Shown here piece after piece: positions 1-8,952 of a stretch of 64,000 nt of DNA (its first letter is position 1; each line of letters begins with the position of its first letter). A program made the position numbers and the translations under genes. The notes under the pieces were generated by a model. The model was not told the origin of the DNA and made no database searches. It saw only the letters and a list, made by a program, of their open reading frames with translations. Source of the DNA: Mycobacterium sp. (lineage in GTDB: Bacteria > Actinomycetota > Actinomycetes > Mycobacteriales > Mycobacteriaceae); NCBI GenBank assembly GCA_049647605.1, contig JBARXZ010000161.1. One strand, 5' to 3'.

Positions 1-834
1 GTACGGCCGTGGCTAGATGTTGATGGCGCACCCTTTGGGCCACTCGATACCGCCGCGCACCCGCCTGTCGTGCCGCCCGATGCCGAGGGTATCGCTGTGG
101 ATACCCGCCGACAGCGGCTGTATTGGTCAAGCGAAGGTGAACGTCTCGTCGAAGACGGGGGCGCACCCGTGCTGGCCGATCCGTGGATTCGGATAGCCGA
201 TTTTGACGGCCGCTACCTCGGTCAGTTCACTCTTCCGGACCATTTGACGACAAGTGCCGAGAACAGGGGGCCGCGGCAGAACCTCTCGTTGGAGGGGTTG
301 ACGCTGACCCCGAGTGGGCGATGGTTGTGGGCGGCGATGGAGGCGCCTCTCTACCAGGACGGTGAGCTTGCGTCGGAGGCGCAGGGGGCGCTGACCCGGT
401 TGACCCGTTTCGACGCGGAGACCGGACTGGCGACGGGTCAGTACGCCTATCCAGTGGATCCGGTGTCGGCCGGGCCCGGCGGTGATAACGGTGTCTCGGA
501 TCTTGCCGCGCTAGGGGACTCTTCGTTCTTGGTGATCGAGCGGGGATTCAGCACCCACAACACCGTCCGAATCTATCAAGCTGACATCGGAGACGCCGAG
601 GACGTATTGCATCGCAACAGCTTTAGCGGTCAACCCGTTCGTGCGGTGACCAAAAGGCTGGTTGCCGATCTCACTGGAACGGACGATGTCGCCCGGATCG
701 ACAACATCGAAGGAATCACGTTGGGACCCAGGCTTTACGATGGCCGACAAACTGTTCTACTGGTCAGCGATGACAACTTCTCGCCGAGGCAGGTCACGCA
801 GGTGTTGGCGTATGCCTTGGCGTTTCGCTGGTAG
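1..834 (+). CDS. Phytase-like esterase family protein (5' end cut by window edge)
   Basis: Frame 1 is open from nt 1 to TAG 832-834. Motifs DAEGIAVD, SLEGLTLTPSG, NGVSDLAALGD..FLVIERGF and IEGITLG..LVSDDNF are typical of the esterase-like-activity-of-phytase family. Confidence 0.6.
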   Translation, partial: VRPWLDVDGAPFGPLDTAAHPPVVPPDAEGIAVDTRRQRLYWSSEGERLVEDGGAPVLADPWIRIADFDGRYLGQFTLPDHLTTSAENRGPRQNLSLEGLTLTPSGRWLWAAMEAPLYQDGELASEAQGALTRLTRFDAETGLATGQYAYPVDPVSAGPGGDNGVSDLAALGDSSFLVIERGFSTHNTVRIYQADIGDAEDVLHRNSFSGQPVRAVTKRLVADLTGTDDVARIDNIEGITLGPRLYDGRQTVLLVSDDNFSPRQVTQVLAYALAFRW

Positions 835-1082
835 TCGCGCAGCGGGGCTCGTCAGCGTCGTTCGCCCATGGCGCCTGGCGAAGGCCACGACGGGCGCTGC
901 TCAAAGCGGGTACGAACAGAGTCTCGACCGCAGTGGGCGAGGGTTTTTGATACAGGTCGAAGCAACTCGTGGACGCCGATCCACCAGGCGGCGAGCCGGA
1001 TCGCAGCAGAGCGCAGCAGTTTCATCGTTCTCCAATCGAGTACCACACTGCCGGAGGTGTGGCGGTGTCAGGGGGTTTTGCT

Positions 1083-1559
1083 TCAGAGCATGGCCAGGGC
1101 GGCACGCAGCTGGTCATCCAGATTGTGGCCATCACGTGTATAGAGAGGCCCGCACCCGTTGGTGAGTACTTGTCGCAGGCGGGCCATTCCTCTGGCATTC
1201 ACGGGGTGTGGCGAGTGCAGTCGGAGCGTGATCGCGTCGATCGTTTCCTCGGCTTCGGCGACATTGCGCCGGTGGACCGGGACAGTTGCAGCCGTTGTGG
1301 CGCGGCCCTCACGCGCTTCGATCACAGCGCGCCGAAGTGCTCGCGCCGTCACCTGACGTTCATTGACGGACTCGAGGTGGGTGGCGCGGAGGCCGATCGC
1401 GCTGTCAGGTGGGCCGATGATGCCCATGGCCAGTTGTCCGTCGAGGTGCCCCGCGAACAGGCGAGCCGCCAGTCGGACGCGTAACGGGAGCCGGCCGAGG
1501 GGGCCGCTGGGGATGTCTACACAGCAGTGAGGGGAGACGAAGGGCGGGTAGTAGGTCAC
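1083..1559 (-). CDS. Conserved actinobacterial hypothetical protein
   Basis: 158-aa ORF with a GTG start preceded by GGAGGAG on the minus strand. Ala/Arg-rich helical sequence. No recognisable catalytic motif. Confidence 0.5.
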   Translation of the reverse strand: MTYYPPFVSPHCCVDIPSGPLGRLPLRVRLAARLFAGHLDGQLAMGIIGPPDSAIGLRATHLESVNERQVTARALRRAVIEAREGRATTAATVPVHRRNVAEAEETIDAITLRLHSPHPVNARGMARLRQVLTNGCGPLYTRDGHNLDDQLRAALAML

Positions 1560-1782
1560 AGAGACTCCTCCGGTGGATGGTCGTTAAATCGGTGTTACAT
1601 ACGTTGAGACGTGTCGGAGGCGCCATTCTCTTCACCGGGAGACTGACATCACCGACAGCGGCCGGCGACTTCTCATGTGCCAGGGATTGTGTGAGTGCAC
1701 CAATTCGCCAGGGGCAGAGCGGTTCACGACGGAGCCGATGCGCACTTGTATTTACAAGTCGTTGACAGTTCACCTGCGACAT

Positions 1783-1795
1783 GCAATATATTAGC
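1783..1795 (+). promoter_or_regulatory. AT-rich palindrome-like element GCAATATATT(A)GC, 15 nt downstream of the TTGACA at 1762-1767 (site 1 of 4)
   Basis: The 16-mer CGACATGCAATATATT (1777-1792) is identical to 22849-22864. A TTGACA -35-like hexamer lies upstream. Confidence 0.5.
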
Positions 1796-1858
1796 GATCG
1801 GGAACCACTCGGGTCGATTCGGGCCCGCAGGGTGCACCGCGATTCGGGGAGGGGACAG

Positions 1859-1891
1859 ATGATGATCAAGACCGTTCTGACGACAATGACG
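1859..1891 (+). repeat. Remnant copy of the first 11 codons (MMIKTVLTTMT) of the lipoprotein hydrolase gene at 22921
   Basis: 29/33 nt identical to 22921-22953. Similarity is lost after codon 11 and no signal peptide or lipobox follows. Confidence 0.55.
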
Positions 1892-1928
1892 AACCCTCGG
1901 CGTAAGTCTGGCCATTGGCTCGCAGACC

Positions 1929-2159
1929 ATGCAGATACTGGGTATGGCTCAAATCGCAGCGCAGAAACCGCAGTTGCTGCCCGAGACCTTGCTGGTGTCA
2001 GCACAGTCGGTCTTGGATCAGAGTAACGGTCACATCGCCCAGGAGACGGTTGACCGGATAGGGGTGGCTGTCAGGGGAAGGCCCACTGCAGAGCGCTGGC
2101 GATCGACGATATCGACGGATTCGTCGCCTCGGCTGGTCATCGGGGTGACACCGGGGTGA
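1929..2159 (+). CDS. Possible small ORF (76 aa), function unknown
   Basis: Third-codon positions are mostly G/C when read by eye. Its TGA overlaps the GTG of the next ORF (GTGA at 2156-2159). No recognisable motif. Confidence 0.25.
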   Translation: MQILGMAQIAAQKPQLLPETLLVSAQSVLDQSNGHIAQETVDRIGVAVRGRPTAERWRSTISTDSSPRLVIGVTPG

Positions 2160-2732
2160 TTGGTACAGCACGGCGTTGTACACGTCGCTTGATGATCCGG
2201 CGGCGATGTGGCGCGATCTGCGAGGAGGCATCCGCCCATCGAGCAACGCTTCTGTCAGCGGGCAGCGGATTGGCGGTCTACGACGACGCGAACTGGCGTA
2301 CGGCTGCTGCCGCCGGGATCACCCGCTTCTTCGAACCTTTCACGGCCGCCGGATACGTGGTGATGTCGGCGGCAGGACTCAGCGTCCTGAATGTCTTTGT
2401 ACTCGGATTGGTGCAGCGCCGGGCGCGAGCGCGCGGTTCTACGCGCAATCGAGGCTACGCAGCGGCTCGAACAAGCCGTTCTGCTCACGCACGCGAGCCT
2501 GCTGCTGATCGTGGTTTCGGTGGCAGGCGGATTGGGCGGGATCGGACTCACCTACCTTCAGTCCCTGGGATCTCCAGCCAACTACGGCATCAAGATCGAG
2601 TGGGGACTGTCGGCGACGTCCCTCAGCACAGGCGTCTCGACACTCGCGGTGTTGATCCTGACTTCAGCCGCCCTTCCAATGGTCCACGCTGGACGACTGG
2701 AGATCGGTGACCAGTTACGAACCACCGCATGA
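2156..2732 (+). pseudogene. Possible frameshifted small membrane protein
   Basis: Frame of 2156 looks coding up to about 2400 (..FFEPFTAAGYVVMSAAGLSVLNVFVLGLV). Frame of 2391-2732 looks coding afterwards, with two hydrophobic segments. One frame switch near 2390-2420 would join them. Confidence 0.3.
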
Positions 2733-3062
2733 TCGTTATTCACCTTCGGAGAGACTCACATCGGAGGCCCACTGCGTGATGTGGACATGCTGACGACCAT
2801 CAGTTCTCAGTGAGGGGCGGGATTCGGCTCCGATGCCGGGGGCGCGGATTCTCCCCACAATCTCCCGACTGTCGCCAAGTAGATGCCAGTGCTTGCCGCC
2901 AGTATTGCTGTCGGGGCCGCCGGTGAGACGTCGCGGGTGAGAAACATTGGGACGGTGCATTGTTCGAACGGGGGGTCTTGCCCCGGCGGCCGGGCCCTTC
3001 AGCGTGATGACGAGCTGGGATCGGCGCCCACGCTGGGGCCAGAGCATGACCACAACGCGACG

Positions 3063-3095
3063 ATGCGGGCGGTGCACCAACCAACAACGAGTTGA
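3063..3095 (+). CDS. Conserved 10-codon upstream ORF (MRAVHQPTTS) preceding sigma paralogue 1
   Basis: ATG 3063 to TGA 3093-3095, 12 nt before the sigma ATG at 3108. The paralogous locus has MREVHRPTTS at the same spacing. Confidence 0.35.
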   Translation: MRAVHQPTTS

Positions 3096-3107
3096 ACGAG
3101 AGCTGAC

Positions 3108-3719
3108 ATGACAACCAGAGTGAGCTGTGACCAAGCACCGGGCGGCCAGACTTGTCTCGACTTCGAACAGGAGGTGATGCCTTTGGTGGACGATCTGCTT
3201 CGACGTGCCACGGCCTACACGCAGAATGTGGCCGATGCCGAGGATCTCGTTCAAGAGACGCTACTCAAGGCCTACCGGGGTTTCGAGACATTCGGCCAGG
3301 ACCGCCACCTCAGAGCCTGGCTGCTGCGCATAATGCGGAATGCTTGGATCAACAACTACCGCGCCGGCCAGTGCCGGCCCGCGGAATCACTCATCGGTGA
3401 TCTGGCCGATGGATACCTCGACACCGCATCGCGGTGGTCACTCCATGAGCGCTCCGCCGAACACCTCGCGTTGCGCGGGGTACCTGATCCGGGCATTGTC
3501 GCGGCTCTGTCAGAGCTCCCTGAGAACCTCCGGATGACAATGTATTACATTGCCATTGTTGGGCTTTCCTATCGTGAGGTCTCCGAAGCGATGAAAGTTC
3601 CGCCGGGCACTGTCATGTCGCGGATGCACCGGGGTCGGATTCTGTTGCGTCGATCTCTCGGCACGCACCGGGGCGAGTCCGGCAGCAGCGCACACATCAC
3701 ACCGTGTCCTGCGCACTGA
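3108..3719 (+). CDS. Sigma-70 family (ECF/SigE-like) RNA polymerase sigma factor, paralogue 1
   Basis: Region 2 motif DAEDLVQETLLKAYRGF..RAWLLRIMRNAWINNYR. Region 4 HTH LSYREVSEAMKVPPGTVMSRMHRGR. Confidence 0.85.
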   Translation: MTTRVSCDQAPGGQTCLDFEQEVMPLVDDLLRRATAYTQNVADAEDLVQETLLKAYRGFETFGQDRHLRAWLLRIMRNAWINNYRAGQCRPAESLIGDLADGYLDTASRWSLHERSAEHLALRGVPDPGIVAALSELPENLRMTMYYIAIVGLSYREVSEAMKVPPGTVMSRMHRGRILLRRSLGTHRGESGSSAHITPCPAH

Positions 3720-3760
3720 GGGGGCAGAGCAGTTCTCGGCTGAAGGCGTCTCTTGCCTCT

Positions 3761-4324
3761 TCAGTGCGCGGCGAGCTGGATTACTCTGAGGTCGGTGAGA
3801 GCGCTGACGTATCGAGCGCCGGTCAGATCGTCAGGCAGAACGAGGCGGGCTTCGGAAAGTGGGACCTCATCCTCCGACCAGGCAACAAGTGCCGGGCGGG
3901 GTGCCAGGGCCGGTGATACTTCTGCCCAGGAAAGCGTGACCGAGTATCCGTCGGCGCCGGTGGCGAGAACGGCGAGGGTGATGTCCGGATGTTTCGCCCC
4001 CGGGATGAGGAGTGGCTGCGCGGCGGCCAGCAGTGTGTCGACCGGGGCCCCCAGGTACGAGTGTGATTGCATCCCCGATGCGGTGTGGAATGTCACGGAC
4101 TCGGTGCGGCTGGTCAACGCGCGCAATGAATCTGGTGTGAAAGCCAGAGGGTTGTGCACGTCACCGGAGATGTTGACGTCGCCGGCGTTGTGCACCGCTT
4201 CTGGTGAAGGCTGTGCCTGCGATGTGCCTGCTTGACCGAGTAGCAGGGTGAGGATCGTGGTCAGGACAGCGACGACGCGCTTCAGCACTGAGGTGCATTC
4301 GGTGGTGGTTTTGGCGTCGGCCAT
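3761..4324 (-). CDS. Secreted small molybdopterin-oxidoreductase-domain-like protein
   Basis: N-terminal signal peptide (..LLLGQAGTSQAQP). Pattern FTPDSLRAL..GAPVDTLL..ATGADGYSVTLSWAEV..ARLVLPDD..GARYV matches the Moco-binding oxidoreductase fold family. RBS AGGGGGA lies before the ATG. Confidence 0.6.
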   Translation of the reverse strand: MADAKTTTECTSVLKRVVAVLTTILTLLLGQAGTSQAQPSPEAVHNAGDVNISGDVHNPLAFTPDSLRALTSRTESVTFHTASGMQSHSYLGAPVDTLLAAAQPLLIPGAKHPDITLAVLATGADGYSVTLSWAEVSPALAPRPALVAWSEDEVPLSEARLVLPDDLTGARYVSALTDLRVIQLAAH

Positions 4325-4346
4325 GTGATGATCCCCCTATTTCGGA

Positions 4347-4357
4347 ATGCAATATAT
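4347..4357 (+). promoter_or_regulatory. ATGCAATATAT element (site 2 of 4), 23-33 nt upstream of the minus-strand gene starting at 4324
   Basis: Same 11-mer as at 1781-1791 and 22853-22863. On the minus strand it reads TATATT, a -10-like hexamer. Confidence 0.45.
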
Positions 4358-4470
4358 CAGTCTTGGCTGCGCCTGGGCGCGGCAGGATTTTCGGTCCCGC
4401 TGGCGCGTGCGCAGCGCCCGGTCCTCGACGGATTCACCATGTCAGGAATCGGAGAGGGAAATCCCTGGCC

Positions 4471-6402
4471 TCACAGGGCGTTGCGCTGGATTTCGGTGAG
4501 CGGGCGCTGCTTGTCTTCGTGGCCCACCGGTGTGGTTCCGGGTCTTGCCTGGTGTACCTTCAACGCGAGCTGTAGAGGAAACCACTCCGAAGCGGCGAGA
4601 ATGTCGAACCCGCTGAGTTGGGTGGCGCGACCAAGCCTCTGGTTCAGGGTATTCCGGTGAACATAGAGACTGCGCGCCGCGGCGGTTTGGCTCCGGAAGT
4701 GAAGGAACGCCGCCAGGGTGTCCAGTAATTCGGTCCCTTTCACCCGGTCGTATTCGGCAATTCTCGCGATGGCAGTCGCATAGCGATCACGAACCGAACT
4801 GGCACCCGAGACCCGGCTCAACAACAGGTGATGGCCGACGTCGTCCAATGTGAACACTCCGTTGGGGCTGGTCAGCGAACTCCCGATCGCCATGGCCTCC
4901 CGTGCTTCGGCCAACGCGTGGTTGAACTCCTCGATCGCCGAGACCGGACGGGAAATGCCGAAGGTGAGGGCGGTACCGGTACTGGAGCGGAGGTGGGAGC
5001 ACACTCGCAACAGCGGCGTGCGGAGGTTATCGACGGCGTCCGCTTCACCGTTCCACGGGACAAGCGCCACGGTTTGATGTGATGTCACCGAAAAGTGGGT
5101 GGTTGCAGGGATTTCGGGCACCTCGGCCATCAGCTTTTCGAGTCGGGGATTGATCTTGACCGAACTGACATCCACACCGGGCAACGGTTGTGCGGCGACG
5201 CTGCCCACGACAAAGATGTAGCCGTAGGCGTTGTCGAGCCCGAGTGCGGACGCTCGTCGTCGTAACTCGTCGGCATTGGTCCGCCCGGCGGACAGATCTC
5301 GTAGGAACCAGGTCAGGCCGTGGCGCTGGGTCAGTTCTTCGGAGACTACCGCCAGTTTCAAGGCCACAGCGGCATGGTTGGCGATCGTCGCCACGGTGGC
5401 GACGTCGCCGCTGGCGAAGGGTGCGTTCCTGAGGCGGTAGCAACCCAGGATTCCGAGTTCGTCGGCACCGACTCGGATTGCGGCCACCGTCACTGAATGG
5501 GAGATCCCAGTCAACACTTGGCCCACTTGTTCACCGGCGGCTCGCCAACTCAACCTGCCGTGTCGGATGTCCTGATCGATGTTGAGCAGGTTGTGCCGAA
5601 CGGACTCGAACACCTCGCGTGACGTTCGATCAGCCGACGGTGCGACGGCCTTGATGTGCATTCGGTCAGCGCCCGAGGGGTCGGTGACGACACAGACGGC
5701 GAAATCGGAATGGGTGGTGTCTCGGGCCAGTTCGGTGGCGCAGTCGAGGGCGCGCGCAATCGGCGCCCCCGAGGCAACTGTTGCGGCCAACTCGGCAACG
5801 CCGTCCGCCACGAGGGTGAGGCGGCGCGTGGCTTCGACGAGCCGAGCAGTCTCGAAGGTGCCGGCGACCAGCGACGCGACGCGTTCGACGAACGGCACCT
5901 CGTCAGGGTCGAAGGGGTGACCATTCGTGGCCCAGACCGTGACACACCCCAGCAGTTCTTCCTTGGAGGACACTATGGGAACGGAGAAAATCGCGCCGTA
6001 CTGTTCTTCCCCGATGCCCGGGTAGGCCAGGAAGTGCGGGTCTTGCGACAACTCGTCATGGATCAGATAGCTCTGGCGTGACGCGGCGACCCACCCCGTC
6101 ACTCCCTCTCCGTAGGCGACGCGAAGGGTGCCGACCTGACTGGCTGCCGGGCTCTCTGTCGCCCCGGCCAGCACCAGCTCGTTGGTTTCTGGATCGAAGA
6201 CATAGAGGTAAACGTCGCGATTTCTGCGACCCCCGGCGATAGCTGCGGCAATCTTCTGGAGCACCGTGGACAGCTCATCGGGGGAGCGAAGCGCGTGTGC
6301 GATCTCCTGCACCGCCCTCAACTCGGCGTCAGCCATCCCGGTGTCGGCCATGGCTAAGGGTAAGCCGCGGCCCCCGTATCGCACAGTGCAAGCCGCAGAC
6401 AT
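4471..6402 (-). CDS. PucR-family transcriptional regulator with GAF-like sensor domains
   Basis: C-terminal PucR HTH (..TAAARSLYVHRNTLNQRLGRATQLSGFDI). N-terminal GAF-like repeats (..YGEGVTGWVAASRQSYLI..). Start uncertain; in-frame ATGs also at 6351 and 6336. Confidence 0.8.
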   Translation of the reverse strand: MSAACTVRYGGRGLPLAMADTGMADAELRAVQEIAHALRSPDELSTVLQKIAAAIAGGRRNRDVYLYVFDPETNELVLAGATESPAASQVGTLRVAYGEGVTGWVAASRQSYLIHDELSQDPHFLAYPGIGEEQYGAIFSVPIVSSKEELLGCVTVWATNGHPFDPDEVPFVERVASLVAGTFETARLVEATRRLTLVADGVAELAATVASGAPIARALDCATELARDTTHSDFAVCVVTDPSGADRMHIKAVAPSADRTSREVFESVRHNLLNIDQDIRHGRLSWRAAGEQVGQVLTGISHSVTVAAIRVGADELGILGCYRLRNAPFASGDVATVATIANHAAVALKLAVVSEELTQRHGLTWFLRDLSAGRTNADELRRRASALGLDNAYGYIFVVGSVAAQPLPGVDVSSVKINPRLEKLMAEVPEIPATTHFSVTSHQTVALVPWNGEADAVDNLRTPLLRVCSHLRSSTGTALTFGISRPVSAIEEFNHALAEAREAMAIGSSLTSPNGVFTLDDVGHHLLLSRVSGASSVRDRYATAIARIAEYDRVKGTELLDTLAAFLHFRSQTAAARSLYVHRNTLNQRLGRATQLSGFDILAASEWFPLQLALKVHQARPGTTPVGHEDKQRPLTEIQRNAL

Positions 6403-6406
6403 GTGG

Positions 6407-7804
6407 CTAGATTCGATCGAAGTACCGCTTCACTTCCCAGTCGCCTACGGCTTCGCGATGACGATCTCGCTCCCAGATACGAGTGGCGAGGTAGTGGTCT
6501 ACGAACGTGTCACCGAAAGCTCTGCGGGCGAGCTGGCTGGTCTCGAATGTGGCAACGGCCTCTGCCAGGGAGAATGGCAGCTCGGTGCCGGGCTTGTCGT
6601 ATGCGTTACCCGCTACCGGTGCCGGGGGTTCGAGCTCGTTCTCGATCCCGTGCAATGCGCTGGCGATACACGCAGACAAGGCCAGGTAGGGGTTTGCGTC
6701 GGCTCCCGGGAGCCGATTCTCCATCCGGCACGACCGCTCGTCGTTTGCGATGACGCGCAGTGCTGTGGTGCGGTTGTCTTCGCCCCATGCTGCCGAGACC
6801 GGTGACCACGATCCTGGAACACGCCGTTTGTAGGAATTCACCGTCGGGCAATAGAGAATGGTGAACTCACGCATCGTCTCCAACTGCCCCGCCAGGATGT
6901 GTCGCATCGTGGGTGATGGACCGTTGTCGTGCCACATCGCGTTTCGCCCCGATTCGCCGGTCCGGACCACGCTTTGGTGGATGTGGGCACTGGAGCCAGC
7001 CGAATCGGTGTTGACCTTGGCCATGAACGAGGCCAGTAGACCGTGCTGCTCGGCGATGCGGCGAACGCCGTTTTTGTAGATCGCTACGCGGTCGGCTGTC
7101 TTGAGGGCGTCATCATGTTCGATATTGATTTCGATCTGACCGGCGCCATACTCGGTGTTCGACGCGAGTATCGGGATGTCGCACGCGCGCATGCCTTCTC
7201 GGATGGCACCGATGACGTCCTCGAGCGCCGCGGCACGGTGCAGACTGAACGTTGCGATCCCCGGCGTCGCTGGCGTGAGGTTGCGGAATCCTTTTGCTGC
7301 TGCCGATTCCGATGTCTCCCGGTAGAGATAGAACTCGATTTCGTAACCGGCCGTGAAGCGCAGACCCATGGCGGCAGCCCGCTCGACCTGCCGTTTGAGG
7401 ACGGTACGAGGCGCGACCTCTACCGGTGTCCCAACGGCATCAGTGACATCACAGAGCACCATTGCCTGACCCGGGTCCCACGGAATCGGCCGGATGGTCG
7501 ACATGTCGGGTCTGAGCACGACGTCGGAATAGCCGGTTTGCCAGCCGGAGAAGCTCAGGCAATCCATCAACGTGTCTTCGATGTCCCAGCCGAAGACGAT
7601 GTTGGGCACCGTCGACCCGTGGCCGGCGATGGATTCGAGGAAGAAGTCGGCGGGAACAAATTTGCCCCGCAGCACGCCGTCGATATCGGGCATCCCGAAC
7701 TGGACCGTACGAATCTGGTGCCGGGCGAACAGTGCGCGTACCTCGGCGACAACAGCCTCGTCGGCGCTCAGGGGGTTGGCAGCGTGCGCCTGTGTATCTG
7801 TCAT
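6407..7804 (-). CDS. Glutamine synthetase family protein (gamma-glutamyl ligase type, GlnA3/GlnA4/PuuA-like)
   Basis: GS catalytic-domain motifs (..SFMAKVNTDSAGSSAHIHQS.., NRTTALRV.., ENRLPGADANPYLA). ATG at 7804 is preceded by GGAAAG. Confidence 0.85.
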   Translation of the reverse strand: MTDTQAHAANPLSADEAVVAEVRALFARHQIRTVQFGMPDIDGVLRGKFVPADFFLESIAGHGSTVPNIVFGWDIEDTLMDCLSFSGWQTGYSDVVLRPDMSTIRPIPWDPGQAMVLCDVTDAVGTPVEVAPRTVLKRQVERAAAMGLRFTAGYEIEFYLYRETSESAAAKGFRNLTPATPGIATFSLHRAAALEDVIGAIREGMRACDIPILASNTEYGAGQIEINIEHDDALKTADRVAIYKNGVRRIAEQHGLLASFMAKVNTDSAGSSAHIHQSVVRTGESGRNAMWHDNGPSPTMRHILAGQLETMREFTILYCPTVNSYKRRVPGSWSPVSAAWGEDNRTTALRVIANDERSCRMENRLPGADANPYLALSACIASALHGIENELEPPAPVAGNAYDKPGTELPFSLAEAVATFETSQLARRAFGDTFVDHYLATRIWERDRHREAVGDWEVKRYFDRI

Positions 7805-8066
7805 CGTGTTAGCTTTCCGGACCAGCCGGCCCATTGCGGCACGGCGCCTCATCCCGTCTCATTGCTGATGAGTCGACCTGCCGACAGCGCCGTAGCCCGC
7901 CGGTGTCTGTCATTTGCCCAACCTAACCGCCCGACAGTCATCAGGCAGCGTGCAGGTTGCCCACATTTTCGTGGCATCCCTGTTCGGCACTGACGGTGCG
8001 CCGTACTTTCGGACAGTGCAAGGCCAGGTGGCGAGGGTCGAAAACCATTCTCTGAGAGGAATCAGC

Positions 8067-8801
8067 GTGTCGAACTGGTCGGATCTGACTCGCGAGGAGG
8101 TCGGTATGGCAGCGCGCTCAGGTGCGGTGGCCGTGTTGCCCATCGGTGCGGTTGAACAACATGGGGATCATCTGCCGACCGGCACCGACGCGTTGTTGGT
8201 CGCGCAAGCAGTCGAAGACGCAGTGGCGCGGACCCGAGATATCGCTTTGCCCGTTCTCGCGTACGGCTGCTCGTTGGGGCATACCGAACACTGGCCCGGC
8301 ACACTGTCACTGAACGTCGCGACGATGACTGCGGTGCTGAGCGACATCGGCCGATGGGTACACGCCTCGGGTTTCCGTAAGCTCGTGGTGCTCAACTCCC
8401 ATGCCACCAACGGACCTCCGTGCCAAAGTGCGCTGCTGACTTTACGGTACGAGTTACCCGCGCTGCGAACGTTGTTCGCTTCGCTCTACGACATCACACC
8501 TGCAGCCAGAGCCGGATATCACGCCGATGCGGAGGACCCCCACGCAAACGAAGCCGAGACATCGATGCTCTTGCACATCGCCCCGGAGCTTGTGCAGGGT
8601 GACCGTGCAGTCGACGAGGTCGATCGGACGGTGGGTCGCGTGCTGACCTACCCGATGCCCGAGGTGACCCTGAGCGGGGTCGTGGGCGCTCCGAGCGAAG
8701 CGAGTGCGGTCGCTGGAGATGCGCTGTTCAGTGCCATCGTTGACGGGATTGCCGACCTGCTTGCCCGCGTTCGAGCTGAAACCGACCCGCTGTCCGAGTA
8801 G
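8067..8801 (+). CDS. Creatininase-family amidohydrolase
   Basis: Motif AVLPIGAVEQHGDHLPTGTD. GTG 8067 is preceded by GAGAGGA. Confidence 0.8.
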   Translation: MSNWSDLTREEVGMAARSGAVAVLPIGAVEQHGDHLPTGTDALLVAQAVEDAVARTRDIALPVLAYGCSLGHTEHWPGTLSLNVATMTAVLSDIGRWVHASGFRKLVVLNSHATNGPPCQSALLTLRYELPALRTLFASLYDITPAARAGYHADAEDPHANEAETSMLLHIAPELVQGDRAVDEVDRTVGRVLTYPMPEVTLSGVVGAPSEASAVAGDALFSAIVDGIADLLARVRAETDPLSE

Positions 8802-8952
8802 CCCGGTACCAGCGCGGTATCGCACGTCCTTGTCTAACAACGCGATCGTCGAGAATCGTCGTGATCGACGGGGCTTGTGACGAACATCGCTCTCCCTCAG
8901 CGATTTTTGGCCAGAACTGAACGTTTTTCCGATCGGCTACGTCGATACATGT

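Noticed and set aside
3040-3110. Alternative 21-codon uORF in locus 1 (ATG ACC ACA .. CTG ACA TGA) whose stop would overlap the sigma ATG.
   Set aside because: In the paralogous locus the same ATG ACC is followed immediately by TGA, so this ORF is not conserved. The 10-codon uORF is the conserved one.
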